A DNA stretch of 64,000 nt from a virus (Duplodnaviria > Caudoviricetes), in IMG/VR virus record IMGVR_UViG_3300039156_000048, positions 37,756 through 101,755 of that record. One strand, given 5' to 3'. The position numbers and the translations under genes were made by a program. Shown here piece after piece: positions 1 through 10,038 of this stretch; position 1 is the stretch's first letter; each line of letters starts with the position of its first letter. The notes below the pieces were generated by a model that was not told the origin of the DNA, searched no databases, and was given only the letters and a program-made list of their open reading frames with translations.

Positions 1-4
1 AGAG

Positions 5-820
5 ATGCGGGAGGTTATGAAAGGCAGCAACGAAGAAATCCTCGAATGGCTGGAAACTAACAGCACAGAGTTCGCGTCTTCAACGGCTGAAACGCAGGAG
101 AATATGCGTATAGGCTGGCAAGCAACTCTTGACCAGATGCGTGGATTTACCAAGACGTATTGGGATGAGGTTGAAGAAATTATCTCTCAAGGTGATACAG
201 CCATCATTGAGTTTCTGAAAGCAAATTCAGCTGAGTACAGGACGGCGGGAAAAATGCAGGCCGAAGCACTGGTCGATGAATGGCAGAAGAAACTTGATGA
301 TTTGAAGGCCGCGCTGACCAACACGTATCAGAGAATCAACGAAATGCCAACCGATAAATATGTAACGATTCACGTATCCACAGTTGAAAACGGCGGGGGA
401 GGGGGGAAGACACCAATCGACCCTCTTGTTGTCGCAGTGGGTGGTGGGGGTAATTTTGGCATGTCACAGCCTGGAAAAGTAACACAGATGGCCTTCGCGT
501 CCGGCGGACTTGTTGATTATACCGGGACTGCACAGGTCCACGGCTCGCCCACAAATCCAGAGGCGTTTCTCAGTGCTGTAGACACAAAGATGATTCGGGG
601 TCTGCTTGACGGTTTCAAATTTATTGTCCCCAGATTTGGGGGAATAAAGAGTCAGACCGGGGCGAACGGGAATGTCACGATTGAGGAAATCAATATCTCT
701 GTCGACAAACTTGATAATGATGCCGATCTTGAAGACCTCGCAAATAAGGTTGGAGAGAAGTTCGCAAAAGCAATGACAGTAAAACGGGGCGTGTCTGTCG
801 GTAACCTTAGGATCAAGTAA
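5..820 (+). CDS. Tail tape measure protein, C-terminal part (gene begins upstream of window)
   Basis: Helical/coiled N-part followed by a FASGG..YTG.A.VHG...PEAFL motif typical of TMP C-termini; lies directly upstream of Dit/Tal-like genes. Confidence 0.75.
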   Translation: MREVMKGSNEEILEWLETNSTEFASSTAETQENMRIGWQATLDQMRGFTKTYWDEVEEIISQGDTAIIEFLKANSAEYRTAGKMQAEALVDEWQKKLDDLKAALTNTYQRINEMPTDKYVTIHVSTVENGGGGGKTPIDPLVVAVGGGGNFGMSQPGKVTQMAFASGGLVDYTGTAQVHGSPTNPEAFLSAVDTKMIRGLLDGFKFIVPRFGGIKSQTGANGNVTIEEINISVDKLDNDADLEDLANKVGEKFAKAMTVKRGVSVGNLRIK

Positions 821-843
821 GAAAAGACCCAATAGAATAGGAA

Positions 844-875
844 GCTAAGACGGGAGTGAAAACTCCCGTCTTAGC
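844..875. other. Perfect 14-bp hairpin with GAAA loop (GCTAAGACGGGAGT-GAAA-ACTCCCGTCTTAGC)
   Basis: Exact inverted repeat in the intergenic gap; no U-tract. Confidence 0.8.
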
Positions 876-901
876 GTGGTAGAAGGAAAGGAAGGAGCCT
901 G

Positions 902-1969
902 ATGGATTTTACATTTTGCGGGATAAGCGCAGCAGACTGCGGTTTGCTCTACGTCCCAAAGGCAGAAAATATTTTTGTATGGGACAGCAACTATACAACA
1001 CACTCGTTAGAGGTTGACGGACACGATGGCGGATACTGGTACGGCTCAACCGTAAAACCTAAAACTTTTGATTTGGATTGTTATTTTGAGGATGTTACCT
1101 CATTGCAGATAAAAAAGGCACAAACCCTGTTCAATCGTGGAAGGACGGGGGAACTTATCTTTAGCGATCGACCGTTCCTGGCATATACGGCAACGGTGAC
1201 GGAATGGTCAAGACCAGAGATATATGGACTGAAGAACGGTCTGATTACCCTTCACTTGACCGCATATTATCCATTCGCGCTCATGGACAGATTGTTTGTT
1301 GCGGACTTTGAAGAATATGGGAGCGAATACGAGGAACTTGTCAGAGATTCTACGGGTGTACTGACAGAGGCAAAGACTCCAGTCAATATCATTGATACAA
1401 CACCGGCATTGACCACGGCTACACAATTCCTTTTATATAATCCAGGAGACGAAAAGGCCGACACTATTATCCGCATTGCTGGAGATGTCGGGACTGGGGT
1501 CTCCATATATAATGCCGCGACAAAACAGACATGTACGATCAAGGGCATTACTAAAGCATTGACCAGCACAGCCGGTAAGTGGCTGGAAATTGATTCAGGG
1601 GCCGGCAAGGTTTACTTGACAGATGGAACAACGCCCGTGATGTCTTTTCTTTATCATGATAACGGGTTTGTCCAGTTGGAAGGGGCTGCTCCCATTAATA
1701 GAGAAATAACAATATCTTACACAGGCAATGTAGTAAGTTCCAATGGAGAGTTTACTCCAGATATGGAAAACAAATACATCCTGATCAATGGCACATGGAG
1801 AAAAATAACGGATTATTTTAATGCTGATGATATGAAAATTAATTATACGTTTGGAGCTCCTGGAGCCGCAGTGTCTGATGTTGCGACAATGAACCTTGTA
1901 ACCGTAACCCCCGTCACAACGATGGAGATAACAAAACTTGAATTTTATTATTACCCGACATTCAAATAA
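902..1969 (+). CDS. Distal tail protein (Dit-like)
   Basis: N-terminal FTFCGI...GL...VDG.DG.Y.G...K..F pattern of siphophage Dit; lies between TMP and Tal. Confidence 0.75.
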   Translation: MDFTFCGISAADCGLLYVPKAENIFVWDSNYTTHSLEVDGHDGGYWYGSTVKPKTFDLDCYFEDVTSLQIKKAQTLFNRGRTGELIFSDRPFLAYTATVTEWSRPEIYGLKNGLITLHLTAYYPFALMDRLFVADFEEYGSEYEELVRDSTGVLTEAKTPVNIIDTTPALTTATQFLLYNPGDEKADTIIRIAGDVGTGVSIYNAATKQTCTIKGITKALTSTAGKWLEIDSGAGKVYLTDGTTPVMSFLYHDNGFVQLEGAAPINREITISYTGNVVSSNGEFTPDMENKYILINGTWRKITDYFNADDMKINYTFGAPGAAVSDVATMNLVTVTPVTTMEITKLEFYYYPTFK

Positions 1970-1983
1970 GGAGGATATGGCAG

Positions 1984-4900
1984 ATGGCTACTAAACGCAA
2001 TATCAACATATCCATCCATGACTATAACAGGAACAAACTTTGTGACATCTACAACAGCAACACACGGACATCCGGGCAGGCTTACAACATTGTAATAGAA
2101 AAAGAAGCCAGCGGGTACAAGCAACTCAGGTTTACCATCCCCTATAAAGTAATGGAAGGGAATGAGCTGGTTGATAACCATCGCGCACAGCACCTGAAAA
2201 ACGAGTACCTTGTTTCTGTCACGGAAAACGGGGCGACAGACTGGTTCTATATCAGTGAACCGAATATAGAACACAATAAAAAGACGCTAACGGTCAGTCT
2301 AACCTGTCAACACGTTTCGTCTTTACTGCGGATGCGTAACCTTTACCTTGAACTGGACGATACGAATGGGATCGGTACATGTTCCGCGTTAGCAACAACG
2401 ATACTGAATGGTACAGGATGGACCCTTGGCGATTGTGATACGTTTTATGAAGCGGATGGTGTGACAGAAAAAGTAAGAACACTAAAAGCATCCAATAAAA
2501 CAGGCGCATACCAAATGATTGTCAATCTTTGCAACCTTTTTAATGCAAGGCCCATCTTTAATGGAGATGACAGGACAGTTAGCATCATCACATTCAACCC
2601 TTTTCACAATCCACTGGATCCAGCTGTGCCACTCGTTGACAACATCGAGAAAGTTATTGAGTTAAATTACGGCAAAGTAATGGATGGTGTTTCCAGAAAA
2701 CTGGATACCAGCTCATTGATAACAAGGCTTCATGTTGAGGGTGAATATGGGGATGACGGGTATGTAGGAATCGAAAACGCACCCGCCAACACATCCGGGC
2801 TTGATTTTTTGACGGACTTTTCATACTTCCAAACACTTGGCTTGTTCACTGGTACCCATACAATCGCACTTTCAACCTACCTTTCAAATATATCCGTTGC
2901 AAAAGCGGCAGTTAAAGAAACAACAGCCTCTGTACTTGCAAAAGAGACAGATCTCATGGAGCTTTGGGGTACGTGCAACTATGGGTGCTTTGATGTTACG
3001 TCCAGGGTCAACGGGACAACATTGAATGTTTCCATGGCTTGCACAAATATGGAAGATACACCAACGCTTGAAGCTGGGCAAGACGTTGTGCTGATGAATA
3101 CAAACGGTACCCATCTGTATACAACGGTTGCAAGTGGCAGCTTAACTCAAATCGTGCTGGCCGACAGTATCTCTCTTGCCGCCCACACAAAACTAATTGT
3201 ATTCTTTACCCCGTCCAGCGGGGATATCGGTGGAAAAGAATCAGCCCTTGTTGCGTCAGAAAAAACAAGAGATGACGGATATGATGACCTGGATGGGGTT
3301 GACTCTCTTTATACCACATTATTTTCTCAGGCAACAGCACCGGTATCCGGTATGGTTGCCAATGACCTATGGGTCGACATTGATGCCAGCCCTATTGCTG
3401 TATACCGATATTTGAACAGCAACTGGAATACCAAGGTTTCCGGTATGACGGCAAGCTATGCGACGATTATTGGCAAGGCTCTGTCTCGCATAAATAATCT
3501 TTTAAATGGAACAGTTGATTCAGATGGCCTCTATGAACTAATGATTGACGCGGACATCCTTGCAAGGCAGATAGACGTTCTGTATGACACATATGACACA
3601 CAGATTGGCGTTGTCAACAGTGTTGAGACAGCATTTTCTACAGCCATGGGAGATATGCTTCGCGACGGATACTGGAACGACAGTAACTACATTGTTGGTC
3701 AGGAAGACAAATTATACGCAGACGCACAAGATATTATAGATGTTATGGCTCAACCAGTTGCCAGTTATTCTGTCAATATGGTTGACCTATATGAAGCATA
3801 TATGGCTTCGCCACAAAGACAGGAAGAAACGAGTCTTGTGGCAGACATTGAGACGAGCATCATTGACGGGGAATTGAGTATTACGGTTCCTGCAAGCGTT
3901 GTCGGGATTTCTTTCCCAACGCCCATACTGGATACGGACGGAGACCTTGAGTCAGCACAGATTGGCGACAGTATGAATGTTGCGTTCTCGCTTGAAAGCG
4001 GATATCTCCTTGCGGACGCAAATGGATATCTTGCTTCAGAATACGAAGTTCCGTCGTGGCAGGACATTGATATCGACTTCTGCGTCCACCTGATTGATGA
4101 AGAAATAGGCATATCTGACTGGGGTTTTATTGAAAAGATTTCAAAATGTTATGACAACCCTTGGGAGACTGATATCAACATCAGTACCAAAAAATCTGAT
4201 ATCAATGGCCAATCTTTTACCGACATACTTGCAAGTGTTGCGGCGGTCGCAGAAGAGGTTCGGGGTAAGGCCGATGTGTATGATAGATCTCGTGTTATCT
4301 CGGATGCAAGGACACTATCGGCAGACGCTCTTCAAGGAATTATTGACGTAAACAGAAATGCAATGCTGTCCACCATGTCAAACTGGGGGACTGACAACAA
4401 CGGGAATATCGTGTTTACGGCGCTGGACGAATCTTCTGCCATGATGCTGACCGGAAGCGGGTTCATGATTGCTAACAGCAAAACGCTTGAGGGCGATTGG
4501 AACTGGAGAACTTTTGGTGACGGAAATGGTTTTTCTGCGGATGAAATCAATGCTGGTGTTCTCAATGCAGGTATCGTGCAAATTTTAGGCACAGACCAGT
4601 TCTACTGGGACGCAGACAATATTTATATCTATGATACAAGTGAACCGATGAATCAAATCCGTATAGGGAGGTTTGACGGAACAAATTACGGCATTGGATT
4701 TACAGAAGATGGTGGGGCAACCTGGCAGACCGCAATAGGGTTTGACGGTACGCACATTGGAAGCAATGCTAATATCGACTTGACCGCAGGGGGGTCGATT
4801 ACCCTCGCCTCAAGCAGTGATCTTTCTTTCGGGACAGATACTCTTGCGGATTTATTGGCGGAAGCAGGGACCACACAGACAACAATTTTTTATCAAACAT

Positions 4901-6576
4901 CTACACCAACAGCAGTTGCCATAGGCGATATCTGGTACGACACGGACGCAACCCCAATAACCATTAAGCGTTGGAATGACTCGGAGTGGGTTGACATTAC
5001 CACCACAGCCTTGTCACAGGCACTAAATGCCGCAGGGGACGCACAGGCAACGGCTGACGGGAAAATAGTGACATTCGCGCAAGACGAGCCTCCAACGGCA
5101 GATGCAGTTGGTGATTTATGGGTAGACACAAACGACAATAATAAGTTGTATCGGGCAACGGCGGCAGGGAACAACTGGGCTTTATATAAAATCGCGGCAG
5201 GGTATGTCAGCACCAGCCACATCACCATCGACAACGATTTAATCGACATCGCTTCAGGAGGTTCCATCAACCTCGCCGCGGCCTCCCAAATCACCATCGG
5301 GACAAACCCGCTGGGCATTGGCAGCGTCAACTACTTTGCAAACACAACCGGATATACCATGTTTTCCGGGTCCGTGCTTGGCAGGAACGCGGACGATTAC
5401 CTGAACGGGTTTTACTTAGTCGGGCCTCCGTCCGCAGACGGTGCTTTAAGACTGAATAGCGTTATCACCGGAAATGGATACTGGACGGTCAGTTTTGATG
5501 TTCGTGGAACACAGGGGGTTGTGCTTCCGATTATTGTTGATATATGCGACTCAACCACATCGACATTCTACACCTCCGCTGATAACATATACACCCGAAA
5601 AACCCTAACGGTCAACGTAACGAACTGGTCAAGCGGGGTTTATAATTTCATTGATTTTTCTGGCCTTGGGTACGCTTACTATAAAATCCGCAATATCAAG
5701 GTCGAAAAAGGAACGCTAGCGACAGACTGGTCGCCGCATCCCGGCGAACTGCATAATTCATCCCTCACGCTTGACGCGACTGGCATTGCGTTGAAAACTG
5801 GCGGCACGTTCACCGTTGGTTCGTCCAACTTCGCCATCGATGCATCCGGCAATGTGTCATTGACAGGCACAGTTACAGCAACAAGCGGTTCTTTTAGCGG
5901 TACAGTTGTAACCAGCAATATTACTGCTACCGGAGGTTCGGTTGGCGGATTTACGCTTGATTCTATTCATATGTACTATGGTAATTATTATGATTCACAA
6001 TTTGTAGATTTAAGTAGATGGGGTCTGGCAGTTGGCCCTGATTTGAATACTGCGGCTGGTAATCAAACGTGGCATCCCGTGAGAATGACAACCTTAGCAG
6101 ATGGTGACTATGGGCACTTCATGGCTAAGAACGGAAATATAGGTATCGCCTCTTTTTCTCCTGACTCCTTCGCTATAAGGACATGGCCTAGCAATTTATT
6201 TTATGGGTCCGGAAATTCTGGTAGTGGTAGAAATACTGTAATGATAATAGGCACGGATGGAAACCTTTATATATCCGGTGCTGGATACGCTACAGGCGAT
6301 TGGCATGACCAAACCCCTGGTTATCAAGGCAACAACGCTACAGCAGAATTAAAACTTATCAAAAACGATTCAAAAGGCAATGTTGACCACTCTACTCTTC
6401 CGGATTTTGCCAAGCATACGATGTCAGTAAAAAAGCAAAACAAAGACGGTAAAGAGACTACAGAGAAGATTGAGGGACGTGGACTTGGTGCAATGATTTC
6501 AATATTAACTAAAGCCATACAGGAACTTGACGAAAGACTTGATAAATTGGAGGTAATAAATGGAAAAGCAATATGA
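1984..6576 (+). CDS. Tal-like tail tip/baseplate hub protein with long fibre extension
   Basis: Prophage tail endopeptidase-like N-terminus (ITRL..EG); repeated GD.W.DT units; Thr/Gly-rich beta region; C-terminal LTKAIQELDERL coil resembling intramolecular chaperones. Confidence 0.75.
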   Translation: MATKRNINISIHDYNRNKLCDIYNSNTRTSGQAYNIVIEKEASGYKQLRFTIPYKVMEGNELVDNHRAQHLKNEYLVSVTENGATDWFYISEPNIEHNKKTLTVSLTCQHVSSLLRMRNLYLELDDTNGIGTCSALATTILNGTGWTLGDCDTFYEADGVTEKVRTLKASNKTGAYQMIVNLCNLFNARPIFNGDDRTVSIITFNPFHNPLDPAVPLVDNIEKVIELNYGKVMDGVSRKLDTSSLITRLHVEGEYGDDGYVGIENAPANTSGLDFLTDFSYFQTLGLFTGTHTIALSTYLSNISVAKAAVKETTASVLAKETDLMELWGTCNYGCFDVTSRVNGTTLNVSMACTNMEDTPTLEAGQDVVLMNTNGTHLYTTVASGSLTQIVLADSISLAAHTKLIVFFTPSSGDIGGKESALVASEKTRDDGYDDLDGVDSLYTTLFSQATAPVSGMVANDLWVDIDASPIAVYRYLNSNWNTKVSGMTASYATIIGKALSRINNLLNGTVDSDGLYELMIDADILARQIDVLYDTYDTQIGVVNSVETAFSTAMGDMLRDGYWNDSNYIVGQEDKLYADAQDIIDVMAQPVASYSVNMVDLYEAYMASPQRQEETSLVADIETSIIDGELSITVPASVVGISFPTPILDTDGDLESAQIGDSMNVAFSLESGYLLADANGYLASEYEVPSWQDIDIDFCVHLIDEEIGISDWGFIEKISKCYDNPWETDINISTKKSDINGQSFTDILASVAAVAEEVRGKADVYDRSRVISDARTLSADALQGIIDVNRNAMLSTMSNWGTDNNGNIVFTALDESSAMMLTGSGFMIANSKTLEGDWNWRTFGDGNGFSADEINAGVLNAGIVQILGTDQFYWDADNIYIYDTSEPMNQIRIGRFDGTNYGIGFTEDGGATWQTAIGFDGTHIGSNANIDLTAGGSITLASSSDLSFGTDTLADLLAEAGTTQTTIFYQTSTPTAVAIGDIWYDTDATPITIKRWNDSEWVDITTTALSQALNAAGDAQATADGKIVTFAQDEPPTADAVGDLWVDTNDNNKLYRATAAGNNWALYKIAAGYVSTSHITIDNDLIDIASGGSINLAAASQITIGTNPLGIGSVNYFANTTGYTMFSGSVLGRNADDYLNGFYLVGPPSADGALRLNSVITGNGYWTVSFDVRGTQGVVLPIIVDICDSTTSTFYTSADNIYTRKTLTVNVTNWSSGVYNFIDFSGLGYAYYKIRNIKVEKGTLATDWSPHPGELHNSSLTLDATGIALKTGGTFTVGSSNFAIDASGNVSLTGTVTATSGSFSGTVVTSNITATGGSVGGFTLDSIHMYYGNYYDSQFVDLSRWGLAVGPDLNTAAGNQTWHPVRMTTLADGDYGHFMAKNGNIGIASFSPDSFAIRTWPSNLFYGSGNSGSGRNTVMIIGTDGNLYISGAGYATGDWHDQTPGYQGNNATAELKLIKNDSKGNVDHSTLPDFAKHTMSVKKQNKDGKETTEKIEGRGLGAMISILTKAIQELDERLDKLEVINGKAI

Positions 6577-6733
6577 TGTAACTTTTACTGAGCAGGAAAT
6601 TTCAAAAGTGTTTGATGCGCTGATTGATCGTCCCTTCAAAGAGGTTGCGCCGTTGGTGGCTAAACTTCAGGAAATATACAGGGCAAACTATGCTAACCCT
6701 GCCCAACACAAGCAAGAAGAAATCAAAGAATAA
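6560..6733 (+). CDS. Small 57-aa tail-associated protein (MEKQYDVTFTEQEISKVFDALIDRPFKEVAPLVAKLQ...)
   Basis: Not in ORF track; GGAGG RBS, overlaps the Tal stop, ends before a terminator. Confidence 0.65.
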   Translation: MEKQYDVTFTEQEISKVFDALIDRPFKEVAPLVAKLQEIYRANYANPAQHKQEEIKE

Positions 6734-6741
6734 GAAGATAA

Positions 6742-6776
6742 AAAAGGGGGCTGTTGAGAAATCAGCGGCCCCTTTT
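6742..6776 (+). terminator. Rho-independent (possibly bidirectional) terminator
   Basis: AAAAGGGGGCTGTTGA-GAAA-TCAGCGGCCCCTTTT stem-loop with A and T tracts. Confidence 0.75.
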
Positions 6777-6790
6777 AATTCCAACAATTC

Positions 6791-6813
6791 CTAACATTAG
6801 ATGAATAATGTCA
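6791..6813. promoter_or_regulatory. Palindromic site copy 1 (CTAACATTA-gatgaa-TAATGTCA)
   Basis: One of six intergenic copies of the same 9-6-8 motif. Confidence 0.7.
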
Positions 6814-6870
6814 TATTGAAAAGTGAGTGTTTTCAACGGTTTTCAGAGATTCAAAATTTTATAGAAGGAG

Positions 6871-9726
6871 GTGTTGCCGATGTATAAAATCAAAAGCATG
6901 CCCAAGTCTCTAATCCTTGGCTATTTTGGTGAGTCCAATATCAAAGAGTTCGAGGTTGACTGCACCGACTGGCTGACAGAGTGGCCGGACGGTACTATTG
7001 TAGTAACGTATCAGGCACCCAGTGAAACAAGAGCATATCCGCTGCCACCCTCGCAGTCAGTTGTGGGAGACGGTATCTTGACCATCATTGTCAGGAGCAA
7101 CATGACAAGCGAGGCGGGAAGCGGAACACTCAACATCCGTCTTGTCGATGACAACGCAACCCCGGAAGACCTAGATGACGATATTGGCAAGCGATCTGTT
7201 CTCATCAGGACTACCGTGCTTGAAAGCCATGAAACAGTTTTGGATGAAGCGCCGGACATCGTACGGGACTGGGTAGATGAAGCGACATTGCTGAACGCTG
7301 CTGTGACCGAAGAGGAAGCAGACAGGGTTGAAGCAGAGGAGGCAAGGGCTGTCTGGGAAGCCTATGACAACGCAAACCAGTATGAAGTCGGCAACAAGGT
7401 ATCCTATGAGGGCTCAAGTTATATCTGCGTCCTGGATTCACTTGGCAACCTACCGACAGACGAAACCTACTGGCTGATGATAGCCAGAAGGGGATATACA
7501 TATCTTCCGTCGTTTGAATTGGATGACGGTTATTTAATGGCTATGATTACAGAAACTTATAATCTTGGCAGAGTTGCCTATGTGAACAAGGGCGCATACA
7601 GTGCAGCGACTGTGTACGACAAGTATGACGTTGTTCTTTACCAGAATGGCAGTTATGCGTACATCAATGATACAAGCGCGGCAGGGAACGCACCAACCAA
7701 TGTGACTTACTGGGAGGTCATGCTGGATCCGACAGACATGAACCTTGCAACAACTGCTGCAAATGACGCGGCGCAGGATGCCCTTGATGGAATCATCGCG
7801 TCTGCCAGCGTTTCCGGGGATGACTTGCTGTTTACGACAGCAGACTCTACTGTTCATACGGCAACTGGCGCTATGGCAGATGTCAACGCTGCCACAGATG
7901 CCGCGAATACTGCAACGAATGATATGCGCTATATGCACCTGAAATATTCTGTAAACGAACCAACGGCAGATGGCGACATCAGTAATACTCCGGGCAATTG
8001 GCTTGGTATTTACATTGGTGTAAGCCATACCGCTCCAACCACATACACGTCCTACACTTGGCGGAAGATTAGCGGCATCCATGTTGGAGATGACGCACCG
8101 ACTGCCAATGAGGGCTTATGGGTGGATACCGATGAACCCGACATTTTAGTCAACAACCAAGATTTGCTGGACGCGATTGATGCGGCAAACAGTTCGGGCC
8201 CTGTGTCTGCAAGTAGAACAGTCGGGGATGGGACTCCCGGGACAACCGATACTTACACGATTGTTTATGGAAACGGCAACACGACCAGTTATGATGTCTA
8301 CAACGGCGCAGATGCCCCGTCTCTTGCGGGCGTGCACCAGTACATCATCCGGTGGGATAAGGTCAACGCAGAGTGTACACGCATGGGCGATGCCGCGGCG
8401 ATTACCACCGTGACCACGAATTTCGGACATTTCGGAGCGACCAACCCCACATACGATAACCCCTTCGATGAGTTATACCCCTGGAAATACCGCAAACTGT
8501 GCAAGGTTGACCGTGCCGCATACGCTTTGCTTGCGCCGGGAAGCGATATTACTGAAGCCGTCACGGCATGGGAAGGTGAACCGGGATTTACGCTTGACGG
8601 TACCGGAGACTTCGATGGCGTATACACACCCGAGTTCTGGGCAAGGGATTGGGAGGACGCAACCTACCGCTACATCGGCGTTGCGGACGGGCCTATTCCC
8701 GGCTGGCAGTATTTCGAGGCGACCATCGGCGGCAGGTACTTCGGCAGCATGGACGGGTCGAGCAAAATCACCTCAATCGCCAACGCCATCCCCCTTCGTA
8801 ACACGCTGATGAGTACCATGCACACCAACGTCACAAGCCAGGGCATGACGCTGGATGATATTTTTACGTGGTGCGCGGACAATGTGCTGATGGCGGTGGA
8901 ATACGCTTGCCTGAACAGCCAGCAAGTGCTTGGCAACGGATGCGATACTTTGTATCGTCAGTCCGCAGAAACCATTGGCGAGGCAGCAAGCGCAGGCGCA
9001 ACGCTCTTGAAACTCCCGAATGCGTTTGCGGCTTACTGTGTCGCCGGGGCCGTTATCGGCATCGGTACAGAGAATGGCGGCGAAACGGTAGACATCGTGA
9101 GGTTCGTTTCCTCCGCAGACCTTGATGCCGGTGACCCCCTGTTTGCCACGCACAAGGCGGTCACAATAACCCCTCTGACAAACCCCGTGACCACGGCGCA
9201 CTTTGTCAGCGTCCACGGGACTTACAACGCTCCCGACATAGAGATTGGAAGCAAGTCCGGGTATATTGGTAGCAATACGAAAGTCAATGCATATTATCGC
9301 GGCAGGGTGGCACATGGGAACTATTGGAGATATGTTCTTGGCGCATACCGTCAAACCGGGACAGGCGAGATTTGGGTTGCCAACAGCCGAACCGAGGCGG
9401 CGGCGTATGATGCGCTGAACACAGGCGTGCATCGTAACACGGGCAAGGCGTTGCCCACTACGTCAAATTACATCGCCACGCTTCACGCAGATAACTTGCT
9501 TCCGCTGGTTCCGTTTGCGGCCACAACCGGAGGCGCGGCAGGGAGCGGCGACCCAGTTGGAGACTATTGCTATGTGCCAAGTTTGGCAACCGGTAACACT
9601 ATCCTTCGCCTCGGTGGTTCCGCGCGCGACGGCGTGAGCGATGGGCGCTTTTGCGGTTATTGGGGCGCCTCGGCTGGTGTCTCGGCTTGGGGCATCGCCG
9701 TTCTGCCCTTCTTGAAAACCCCTTAA
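6871..9726 (+). CDS. DGR target protein: BppU-like/tail fibre receptor-binding protein with C-terminal variable region (probable C-type lectin fold)
   Basis: Baseplate-like N-terminus; two carbohydrate-binding-like repeats (Y..G..VSY.GSSY...GN.PT..TYW); C-terminal codons match the TR except at adenines. Confidence 0.85.
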   Translation: MLPMYKIKSMPKSLILGYFGESNIKEFEVDCTDWLTEWPDGTIVVTYQAPSETRAYPLPPSQSVVGDGILTIIVRSNMTSEAGSGTLNIRLVDDNATPEDLDDDIGKRSVLIRTTVLESHETVLDEAPDIVRDWVDEATLLNAAVTEEEADRVEAEEARAVWEAYDNANQYEVGNKVSYEGSSYICVLDSLGNLPTDETYWLMIARRGYTYLPSFELDDGYLMAMITETYNLGRVAYVNKGAYSAATVYDKYDVVLYQNGSYAYINDTSAAGNAPTNVTYWEVMLDPTDMNLATTAANDAAQDALDGIIASASVSGDDLLFTTADSTVHTATGAMADVNAATDAANTATNDMRYMHLKYSVNEPTADGDISNTPGNWLGIYIGVSHTAPTTYTSYTWRKISGIHVGDDAPTANEGLWVDTDEPDILVNNQDLLDAIDAANSSGPVSASRTVGDGTPGTTDTYTIVYGNGNTTSYDVYNGADAPSLAGVHQYIIRWDKVNAECTRMGDAAAITTVTTNFGHFGATNPTYDNPFDELYPWKYRKLCKVDRAAYALLAPGSDITEAVTAWEGEPGFTLDGTGDFDGVYTPEFWARDWEDATYRYIGVADGPIPGWQYFEATIGGRYFGSMDGSSKITSIANAIPLRNTLMSTMHTNVTSQGMTLDDIFTWCADNVLMAVEYACLNSQQVLGNGCDTLYRQSAETIGEAASAGATLLKLPNAFAAYCVAGAVIGIGTENGGETVDIVRFVSSADLDAGDPLFATHKAVTITPLTNPVTTAHFVSVHGTYNAPDIEIGSKSGYIGSNTKVNAYYRGRVAHGNYWRYVLGAYRQTGTGEIWVANSRTEAAAYDALNTGVHRNTGKALPTTSNYIATLHADNLLPLVPFAATTGGAAGSGDPVGDYCYVPSLATGNTILRLGGSARDGVSDGRFCGYWGASAGVSAWGIAVLPFLKTP
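9610..9713 (+). repeat. DGR variable repeat (VR)
   Basis: Ungapped 104-bp match to 9818-9921 with 16 mismatches, all at TR adenines. Confidence 0.95.
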
Positions 9727-9759
9727 AAGAGGGGTTCGGGGAGACGCTCTCTCCCCGAA
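9717..9759 (+). other. Hairpins immediately downstream of VR (DGR target-recognition cruciform candidate)
   Basis: TTCGGGGAGA-cgctc-TCTCCCCGAA (9735-9759) and overlapping AACCCCT-taaaag-AGGGGTT (9717-9736). Confidence 0.7.
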
Positions 9760-9817
9760 AATTGATTATATAAGGCTCGAAAGGTGCAGTGTCCCCGGGC
9801 GCTTGTTCTTCCTTCTA

Positions 9818-9921
9818 CTCGGTGGTAACGCGAACAACGGCGTGAACGATGGGCGCTTTTACGGTAATTGGAGCGACACGGCTGGTAACTCGGCTTGGAA
9901 CATCGCCGTTCTGCACTTCTT
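9818..9921 (+). repeat. DGR template repeat (TR), non-coding RNA template
   Basis: AAC-rich copy of the VR (6 AAC and 1 AAT codons, 21 adenines) located between target gene and RT. Confidence 0.95.
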
Positions 9922-10038
9922 TTGGTTCTTAAGTAAGAATCAGGCACCTGAGAGCCGCGCCCCTTGGCGAAAATTACACGACAGGAACGGGTTAGTAGGT
10001 TTATTCTCGACCGCCCGTAGTGCAAAAGAAGGTGTTTT

